From positions 3,000,001 to 3,032,000 of the forward strand of contig NC_006138.1 of the NCBI RefSeq assembly GCF_000025945.1: a DNA stretch of 32,000 nucleotides, read 5' to 3'. The notes beneath the pieces were generated by a model. The model had not been told where the DNA came from. It saw nothing but the letters and a program-made list of their open reading frames with translations, and did no database searches. The translations under genes were made by a program, and so were the position numbers. This DNA comes from Desulfotalea psychrophila LSv54 (GTDB lineage: Bacteria > Desulfobacterota > Desulfobulbia > Desulfobulbales > Desulfocapsaceae). Positions 9,080 to 15,996 of this stretch are shown here, in pieces; position 1 is the stretch's first letter; each line of letters begins with the position of its first letter.

Positions 9080-10321
9080 TTAATTCTGAAGCATAAAGGA
9101 GGGCGCTGTAACCCCAACAGCATCCGTCTGCAGAACACCATCCATTTGAGTATCTTCCAAATTAGCCCCTGTAAGATCGGCCCCACGAAGGTCGCCCTTA
9201 TAGAGGTCCGCCCGACGAAGATCAGCCCCGGTCAAATTAGCCCCACGCAGATTAGCCCCACGCAGGTTCGCATCTGCCAGGTCTGCCTCCGCAAGATTCG
9301 CACCACTAAGATCTGCCTGTTCCAGATCTGCACCAGTTAGTGATTCTCCCGAGAAATCAAGCCCGGCAAGATCACACTGGTAACACTCTCCAGCCTCTAC
9401 CACCTTTTCAATAAAGTTCCTTGCTACCTCTTCGCTTGCAAGGGTTTCTACCACAACAGAATCCGTTACTTGCAAAACAGGCTCTTTTGTCGAAACCATA
9501 TCCTCCTCAACAAAGCTAGTCCCTGAACTTTGAACAGGAGTCGCCTCGGCACCATCTGCAACAACGGCAGCACCCGTAGCGACAACGGCTATGGGGGCAG
9601 CAATTGCATCTACCTGCACGGTTCGCCCTTCTCTCAGAGGCTCGGGCACAGGAGCAGGTTGAGCTGCAGGCGCCGGAGTAACAGTCACCTCAGCCACAGA
9701 ATTTGATTGAACAGCTTTTCCTAGCTCAACAGATTTCTGCCCTGCAACAATAACAGGTACAACTGCCTCCTCACCTACCTGCACAGATCTGCCCTCTGTT
9801 TCCGGGGCGGAATCCTTGAGAGCAACAGCATCTGAGGCTGCCACAGCAAGCGGCTGAGATGTCGTTGCAATAGGAGGACTAGATTGAACAGCAACCTCAC
9901 TCCCCGCCTCAGCAGATTCCTGCTCGACGGCAACGGCTAGGTTAAAATCACCGGGAAAGACCAGACCAGCTGTATAGGCCCCGGAAAAATTGGCCCCGGC
10001 AAGACTCGCCCCCGTTAAATCCGCATCACCAAGATCAGCTCCGCCAAATATGGCCCCCTGTAAATTACAGTTCCGTAAATTGGCTCCTGAAAGATCTGCT
10101 AAGAAAAACTTCGTCTGAGAAAGATCAGCCCCCTCTAAATTAGCACCTGCCAACTCTGCTCGGGTAAGATCGACACCGGCCAAATCACAACCCGGACAGG
10201 CTTTCGTCTGCAAAAGTTGCTCTATTGCCGTATCCCCCTGGGCAAAACAGCTCGATGCCCCAGAGCAAACAGCAAATATACAAATTCCCGCCAGAGCCTT
10301 CCATCTATTTATTGCTTTCAT
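9080..10321 (-). CDS. Exported pentapeptide-repeat protein with two repeat blocks
   Basis: Start moved from the ORF-track start (10420) to the internal ATG at 10321, giving a signal peptide MKAINRWKALAGICIFAVCSGASSCFAQ. Two A(D/N)LxxADL-type blocks (CPGCDLAGVDLTRAELAGANLEGADL...; CYQCDLAGLDFSGESLTGADLEQADLSGANL...) separated by a ~190-aa Ala/Val/Pro-rich linker. Confidence 0.85.
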   Translation of the reverse strand: MKAINRWKALAGICIFAVCSGASSCFAQGDTAIEQLLQTKACPGCDLAGVDLTRAELAGANLEGADLSQTKFFLADLSGANLRNCNLQGAIFGGADLGDADLTGASLAGANFSGAYTAGLVFPGDFNLAVAVEQESAEAGSEVAVQSSPPIATTSQPLAVAASDAVALKDSAPETEGRSVQVGEEAVVPVIVAGQKSVELGKAVQSNSVAEVTVTPAPAAQPAPVPEPLREGRTVQVDAIAAPIAVVATGAAVVADGAEATPVQSSGTSFVEEDMVSTKEPVLQVTDSVVVETLASEEVARNFIEKVVEAGECYQCDLAGLDFSGESLTGADLEQADLSGANLAEADLADANLRGANLRGANLTGADLRRADLYKGDLRGADLTGANLEDTQMDGVLQTDAVGVTAPSFMLQN

Positions 10322-10420
10322 ATATCGCTTTAATCCCCATTTATATTGTATATAAAACTTCCAACATTTACTTAGACAATGCACAGTAGTTATAACACAA
10401 AAGCACCATGAATTACTCAT

Positions 10421-10912
10421 CTATTTATGCTTCCAACGCCATGGACTCACCGGATTTTTCTCCTTCCAGAGCCCCCATCTTTTCCTGCGGGCCTCTTTCT
10501 CTAATTTTTTCCAGGAAGCACAGATTTTTTTTCGGCAGTAACGAGGATAAAACCAGGAATAGCCCTTTTGTACCAAGACCTCGTTTATAATTCGACCATT
10601 TCTCTTAACAAGCACCACGGCCCTGCCATAACGATCGTAATCATAAACAGTGTAAGAAACTCTCTTCCGTAAAATCGACTGAGACAAATACTTTTTTGCC
10701 AAAAAAGCATCCTTTTGGTTCCACTCCGGGCTATCTATGCCATAAAGTCGCATCTCTATCCGAGCGCCAGAACTATCGCGCACAATCAAAGAGTCACCAT
10801 CAATTATTTTCAATACAGTACCCGAAGAGGCCAAAAGAGAGGAGGGCAGAAAAAAGAGATACAAAAACAGATACGACACAATTCTCAGTATAACGATCTT
10901 AATTATTCTCAC
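10421..10912 (-). CDS. Thermonuclease (SNase) family protein with signal peptide/membrane anchor
   Basis: Hydrophobic N-terminus IVILRIVSYLFLYLFFLPSSLLAS then GTVLKIIDGDSLIV...EMRLYGIDSPE...YDRYGRAVVLV; the conserved Asp/Arg/Glu motif residues of SNase appear present. Confidence 0.93.
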   Translation of the reverse strand: MRIIKIVILRIVSYLFLYLFFLPSSLLASSGTVLKIIDGDSLIVRDSSGARIEMRLYGIDSPEWNQKDAFLAKKYLSQSILRKRVSYTVYDYDRYGRAVVLVKRNGRIINEVLVQKGYSWFYPRYCRKKICASWKKLEKEARRKRWGLWKEKNPVSPWRWKHK

Positions 10913-11221
10913 CCCTCCTCTCGCAAATTAACAGCCTACCCTATCGAGCTTTATCCAAAGACCAATAGAGCCATTACCAGACAGGCCCAGATGACGAAAG
11001 TCATTTTTTTGTCTTAAGAAGAAAGGCCCTTATTTTTTCATCATAGTGTCAAGAAAACCTACATTCCACCGGCATCTCTTATTTATGTTAAAACATTATT
11101 GTTTTTTTAACACGCCCTTGATATATTAGCGTCAATTGTACGACTTATCTTCCCCCTCGGCAGGACGCAAAAACTACTTACATTTGTTATACTTTTAAAA
11201 AAAATAGCTACAAAGGTTGTT

Positions 11222-12817
11222 ATGATTTGCCCTCACCAATTTCTCGTCGCAGACAATGATCCCCAAGGCATACTACTGCTCGAACAACAGCTACAACGAG
11301 ACTGTTCGTGTACTCTACAATATGTCCATAATCAGGATAGATTAGAAGAATTAGCCTACAATCAAGACATTCATATTCTTTTTTATGATCTAAAGTTCCC
11401 CTCAGAGACAGATCCTATTACCAAATTAGGCCAGCTACAGCATAAATTTCCACACCTCACCATCGTTCCTCTTATCTCAGCAGGCATGGATATATTGGTC
11501 AAGGAAATTTTAGGGCTGCAACTCTTTTTCTATATTCCTAAGCCACTGGATTATTCTGAGGTAAGCATCACCGTACGCAGAGCCCTGGAGACAAACTCCA
11601 TCAACCGAGGGGCCAACAGGGAGCAAGAGAATATCAAGGCCAAGCCCCACAGCTTTGAGGGCATGACTGGTGATAGCATCCCCATGCGTCAACTATTTGA
11701 CCTCATAAGTCGCATTGCAGACGATGATTACTCTACGGTACTCATCCGGGGGGAATCCGGGACAGGCAAAGAGATGGTGGCAAAGGCCATTCACCAACAG
11801 AGCAAAAGACGTAAACGTAATTTTGTCCCGGTAAACTGTGCAGCTATTCCCGAGGAGTTACTTGAAAGTGAACTCTTCGGCTACAGCAAAGGAGCCTTTA
11901 CAGGGGCTACAACAAACAAAATTGGGCGAATACAATACGCTGACAAGGGTACTCTTTTTCTTGATGAAATAGGTGATATGAAACCGTCTCTCCAAGCCAA
12001 GCTTCTCCGAGTGCTTCAAGAAAGAGAATTTGAGCCTGTAGGTGGTCTCAAGGCTACTCCGGTTGACACACGAATTCTCGCCGCAACCCACTGCAACCTT
12101 GAAAAACTTGTCGAGCAGGGACGTTTTCGGGAAGATCTCTACTATCGACTCTCGGTCATCCCTCTCAATATTCCACCACTACGAGAGAGAAAAGAGGATC
12201 TACCCCACCTCGTCAGCCTGTTCGTGGAAAATTATAGCCTTAAAAGGGGGCGAGATCTCTTTTCCTTTTCCCGCAGGGCCCTAGACACCCTTGCTAGCCA
12301 CCAGTGGCCGGGCAATGTACGTGAGTTGGAAAATTTGATTCAACACATGAGTGTTCTGCATGCGGGCGCCATCATAGAATTTGATGATCTCCCAGAAAAA
12401 ATAAGAAATAGAGGCCTCTCCTCCTGCGAAACAGGCAGAGACGAACGGCAAGCCCTCTGGGCTAACAGCCACGTCCCTCCCGAAAAAAAACCCCCGCAAA
12501 TAGAACCTGAGAGGACAGAGCCCCCCCCTCCCAAAAAAATGCGTCCACCCATTGAAAAATCCTACCAAAATAAACCGCTACCTCTTACTGCCCCCTCAAC
12601 ATCAAGAAGTAATTCCTCCAGCCAAGGTAGTCCTTTTAGTTGTTGGGAAAACGGAAAAATTGACTTCAACGAGCTCGTAGAATCTTTTGAGAAACAACTC
12701 ATTGTCAGGGCCCTGAAGATTAGCAGTGGCAACAAAAAAGAGGCGGCCATACTGCTGGGCCTGAAAAGAACAACGCTGCTGGAAAAAATAAAGAAGAAGG
12801 GAATTTTTGTCCATTAG
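11222..12817 (+). CDS. Sigma-54-dependent response regulator / enhancer-binding protein (NtrC/FlrC-like)
   Basis: Receiver-like N-terminus (QFLVADNDPQG, ILFYDLKFP, IPKPLDY), AAA+ domain GESGTGKEMVAKAIH, GAFTGA loop (YSKGAFTGATT), LFLDEIGDM, and a Fis-type HTH (GNKKEAAILLGLKRTTLLEKIKK). Confidence 0.95.
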   Translation: MICPHQFLVADNDPQGILLLEQQLQRDCSCTLQYVHNQDRLEELAYNQDIHILFYDLKFPSETDPITKLGQLQHKFPHLTIVPLISAGMDILVKEILGLQLFFYIPKPLDYSEVSITVRRALETNSINRGANREQENIKAKPHSFEGMTGDSIPMRQLFDLISRIADDDYSTVLIRGESGTGKEMVAKAIHQQSKRRKRNFVPVNCAAIPEELLESELFGYSKGAFTGATTNKIGRIQYADKGTLFLDEIGDMKPSLQAKLLRVLQEREFEPVGGLKATPVDTRILAATHCNLEKLVEQGRFREDLYYRLSVIPLNIPPLRERKEDLPHLVSLFVENYSLKRGRDLFSFSRRALDTLASHQWPGNVRELENLIQHMSVLHAGAIIEFDDLPEKIRNRGLSSCETGRDERQALWANSHVPPEKKPPQIEPERTEPPPPKKMRPPIEKSYQNKPLPLTAPSTSRSNSSSQGSPFSCWENGKIDFNELVESFEKQLIVRALKISSGNKKEAAILLGLKRTTLLEKIKKKGIFVH

Positions 12818-12888
12818 AAATGAACCGATTTAACAGACAGAAGCCTTTATTACAAAGACCTTGCCCCGTGACTAAATAAAGCCGCCAT

Positions 12889-14814
12889 CTAAGACACATG
12901 AGAGGTAATATTTCTATCAATGTTTTCTAAAATATCCTCCTGCCCCGCAGGAGTCAAAAGAATGTCACTCACTCCATACTTAACCGCTTTAAGCACCTTA
13001 GATTTTGTCCAGGCAGGCCCTGCAGCAATAAGGGGAAGTGAAGATCCCGTACTCACCTTAATGGCAAGGCCAAAGGCCTGCTCACTTAGCTCTGACATAA
13101 CAAGATATACGGCTTTTAATTTGACGGAGATATAGTCAAAGACATTATCTCCGAAGGTGATGTTAGACACCACATAGCCCCGTTCCTGAAGCACCTTTGC
13201 AATCTTCTCTGTTTCATGGCGTTCATCACTAATAAGCAAGACATCACAGCTACAGGATTGCCCGCCCCAGGAGCCATCTGCTGACACAGCTTCTGGTACA
13301 GCTGCCGCGCTCGCCGAAGTGTTTACCCCACTCCCTCTGGCTGCAGAGGACTTCTCAGGGGCAGCTGTGGCGGCGGATCTCGACAAGCCCCCGATCTCAA
13401 CAGGCGCAACAGACTCTTCAGCCTGCGCAGGAGCAATAAGCCCAAAGGCCTCGGCAGGAAAAAGCACATGCAAACGACCAAGGCCCTGATCATTTACCCG
13501 CAGTGCCATGCTCGTCACATAGTAGAGCTGATCCATAAAGGGTTGCTCGGCAGATATATCAACCTTAAGCGGTGCAACCTCAACCATCTCTCGACGAATA
13601 AGATGAACGTCTTCTCTATAATCATTCTTGAAGGCATTTGAATATACCCCATTGATAATATTGGCAATTTCTCCATAGGCATCCTGAGCATCATCGTCAA
13701 AATCTTCTTCTCGAACAACGATATCAAGCTCAGAGGGAGGAAGCATAATAAGGGCACCGCCCATATAGATGGCATCCTTGAGCGACAGAGCTAAATAACT
13801 ATGGCCAACAATATCTCCCGACATCTCTAAATCGGTAACAACCTGCTTTCCCTTAACAACATCAACAAAAAATGCCTCTTTACTGAGAAACGAATTTTGT
13901 AGGTCGCTGACAACAACAGTGGCCCCAAGCAAGGTGGAGAGCTCCCTGGTCATCTTCTCAAAACAATCGGAGAGCAGAGCGTCCATTCTCTTCTTGTTTT
14001 TCTTAATATCCATAGGGGGAGCGGGGGGGGAAGCAGACGGGGCGACATCTGAAGATGATGAAACTACTGGATCAATAACAGGCGAGACGACATCCGAAGA
14101 TGACGAAACTACTGGATCAAGAACAGGCGGGGCGACATCCGCAGATGACGAAACTACTGGATCAACAACAGGCGGGGCGACATCCGAAGATGACGAAACC
14201 TCGGGATCAATAACAGGCGAAATCTTATCAGCAGGTACTTCCTCGGCATCTAACTCAAGGGGGGCGGCAGGCAACAATAGAACCATCTGTCCCATCCCCC
14301 TATCACCAAGAGTAGGAGTGGCCAGAACCCGGCAGTAGAGCTGTGATAAAAAGCCGTCATCCCCCGTAGCATCTAACTTAAGAGGGGATATAAGCTCCAA
14401 ATCCTTTCGTACCATACGACAGGTTTTGGCATAATTTTCCTCAAACGCCTTACTATAAGAACCGGCAATAATATTTGCTATTTCACCGTAGGCATCTCCA
14501 ACATCGGCGCTATAATTATCCTGAGCAACCACCTCTTCAAGTTCTGCCGTCGGCAACATGATAAGGGTGCCACCAAGCAAAATGGCATCTTTCACCCGAA
14601 CGAGGAGACAACCACTACCCTCAACCTCACCGACAAGATCAAGATGAGAAAGCACATAGCGCCCAGAAAGATCTGCAAGGACCTCCTCTTTTGTTACCAG
14701 GGACGTGGCAAAGCCAGAAAGAGAAAAAGAGGCTCCAAGCAGTGCAGCAACATCTTTTTGCACATACGCCTGAACCTCTTCTAAAATTTTTTCTATTCGC
14801 TCTCGTTGATTCAT
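12889..14814 (-). CDS. Protein with two CheX/CheC-like phosphatase domains and a C-terminal degenerate receiver
   Basis: Two copies of the ExxN-type signature (DAYGEIANIIAGSYS; DAYGEIANIINGVYSNAF), similar to CheX-family proteins, separated by a low-complexity repeat linker; C-terminal ~120 aa CheY-like (CDVLLISDERHETEKIAKVLQERGY...DILLTPA) but lacking the acceptor residues. Confidence 0.8.
   Translation of the reverse strand: MNQRERIEKILEEVQAYVQKDVAALLGASFSLSGFATSLVTKEEVLADLSGRYVLSHLDLVGEVEGSGCLLVRVKDAILLGGTLIMLPTAELEEVVAQDNYSADVGDAYGEIANIIAGSYSKAFEENYAKTCRMVRKDLELISPLKLDATGDDGFLSQLYCRVLATPTLGDRGMGQMVLLLPAAPLELDAEEVPADKISPVIDPEVSSSSDVAPPVVDPVVSSSADVAPPVLDPVVSSSSDVVSPVIDPVVSSSSDVAPSASPPAPPMDIKKNKKRMDALLSDCFEKMTRELSTLLGATVVVSDLQNSFLSKEAFFVDVVKGKQVVTDLEMSGDIVGHSYLALSLKDAIYMGGALIMLPPSELDIVVREEDFDDDAQDAYGEIANIINGVYSNAFKNDYREDVHLIRREMVEVAPLKVDISAEQPFMDQLYYVTSMALRVNDQGLGRLHVLFPAEAFGLIAPAQAEESVAPVEIGGLSRSAATAAPEKSSAARGSGVNTSASAAAVPEAVSADGSWGGQSCSCDVLLISDERHETEKIAKVLQERGYVVSNITFGDNVFDYISVKLKAVYLVMSELSEQAFGLAIKVSTGSSLPLIAAGPAWTKSKVLKAVKYGVSDILLTPAGQEDILENIDRNITSHVS
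14039..14218 (-). repeat. Four tandem 45-nt in-frame units in the double-CheX gene
   Basis: 14039-14083, 14084-14128, 14129-14173 and 14174-14218 are near-identical copies of ggggcgacatccgaagatgacgaaactactggatcaa(t/c)aacaggc, encoding DPVVSSSSDVAPPVx-type 15-aa repeats. Confidence 0.95.
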
Positions 14815-14974
14815 AGTTGTTATTTTTTATTATCCGATACCCTGAAACAGGCAATCACCCACTACAAAATGTTTACAGCGAAACCCTTTTAATACAATAT
14901 CGGAATATAACGAGACTTCTTTACCTGTTTCTCGCCAAGACAACATACAGAGATTTTAAGAAAAAAATTCCCCT

Positions 14975-15427
14975 CTATTTCTGCAACTGGCAATCAATAG
15001 CAAAAATCCCTGCATCGACCTTGAAATAAACCACCGTCCTATCATTGTCCCCAGTAGAACGAAAGTCATAGGATTGGCCAGAGATGGTTGTTGGAATTGA
15101 CAGCTCAATATCCCGGCCATTCTCCGCCAGGACAGACTTTATCTGTCCACCGAGCATATTGGCAAGCTCACCGATGGCATCCTCTACATCTTCGTTAATC
15201 TCAGTTACATCCATCATAATAAAACTGCTCGTCACCGCAAGGGCAACGTTCTGAGGCATATGAACAGCAATCATCCCCTTACGAGCCCCAGCAAAACCAA
15301 CCATGGCTGAGATGCTTTTAGTAAGTGGCTCCAACTCAAGAGCAACATCGCTTGGTTCTACCGGCATCATTACCATTGAAGAAAAAATTGCGTCAACCGC
15401 AGATACTATATCGCCTTTTAAATCCAT
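14975..15427 (-). CDS. cheX: CheX-like chemotaxis phosphatase domain protein
   Basis: 150 aa with VEDAIGELANMLGGQIKSVL (ExxN signature) and a TVVYFKVDAGIF C-terminus; same strand as the adjacent cheY. Confidence 0.8.
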   Translation of the reverse strand: MDLKGDIVSAVDAIFSSMVMMPVEPSDVALELEPLTKSISAMVGFAGARKGMIAVHMPQNVALAVTSSFIMMDVTEINEDVEDAIGELANMLGGQIKSVLAENGRDIELSIPTTISGQSYDFRSTGDNDRTVVYFKVDAGIFAIDCQLQK

Positions 15428-15442
15428 TTTGCCCTCTTCTTA

Positions 15443-15814
15443 CTATAGCAGTGGCCCTAAGACCTTGTTAACGATATCGGCAGTAAATGGCTTCTTAATT
15501 GCGCCAACAGCACCAAGACCTCTTGCCTCACCAATAATATCCTCACCTGTTTCCGTTGATATCATCAGCACAGGAATATCTTTCAACGCCGGTCTGGTAG
15601 CCTTTTCACGTAAAAAGGCTATACCATCCATATTGGGCATATTGATATCACTGAGAACAACAGCTACCTCTTCTTTTTCCAAAATAGCCAAAGCCTCCAG
15701 ACCATCGGCTGCTTCAAATATTTCATCAAAGGCAATTCCAGCCTGACGTAAAGAACGACCAATAATTTTGCGCATAGTACTTGAATCATCTACGAGTAAT
15801 ACGTTTTTTCCCAT
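15443..15814 (-). CDS. cheY: CheY-like response regulator
   Basis: NVLLVDDSSTMRKIIGRSLRQAG...VVLSDINMPNMDGI...VLMISTETG...IKKPF: intact acidic pocket, acceptor Asp, Thr and Lys. Confidence 0.93.
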   Translation of the reverse strand: MGKNVLLVDDSSTMRKIIGRSLRQAGIAFDEIFEAADGLEALAILEKEEVAVVLSDINMPNMDGIAFLREKATRPALKDIPVLMISTETGEDIIGEARGLGAVGAIKKPFTADIVNKVLGPLL

Positions 15815-15953
15815 TTTTTATCTCCATAATATAACCATTACTGACAGTAACAACCCTTTGAGATCGCATGTTATTTTTTTTGTCACAAGCTCAACACTGC
15901 AGTTTTTTTGACATTTTCCAATTAATTCCACACCCAAAAAAGCCGATATGAAA

Positions 15954-15969
15954 TGGTATAAAAGTTGCT
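15954..15969 (+). promoter_or_regulatory. Candidate sigma-54 (-24/-12) promoter upstream of the TPR gene
   Basis: tggtataaaagttgct: GG-N10-GC spacing with a TTGC -12 element; three mismatches in the -24 box versus TGGCACGN4TTGCW. Confidence 0.4.
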
Positions 15970-15996
15970 TTACCTTAGCTAAATTCAAGGACCTCT

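Noticed and set aside
9056-9340. Plus-strand ORF with striking ISPTQISPTQ repeats
   Set aside because: It is the reverse complement of the pentapeptide-repeat coding region; the periodicity is explained by the real gene.
10922-10937. Minus-strand sigma-54-like match (AGGCTGTTAATTTGCG) upstream of the thermonuclease gene
   Set aside because: Poor -24 box (four mismatches), and the predicted TSS would fall at or inside the start codon at 10912.
12281-12568. Minus-strand ORF opposite the sigma-54 regulator
   Set aside because: Antisense shadow of the AAA+/HTH linker coding sequence; no motif support.
14039-14218. Possible CRISPR array
   Set aside because: The units are contiguous 45-nt coding repeats with no unique spacers and lie in frame inside a gene; no cas genes nearby.
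13919-14338. Plus-strand 139-aa ORF with TTGS/DDE repeats
   Set aside because: Shadow of the 45-nt tandem array in the double-CheX gene; not an independent gene.
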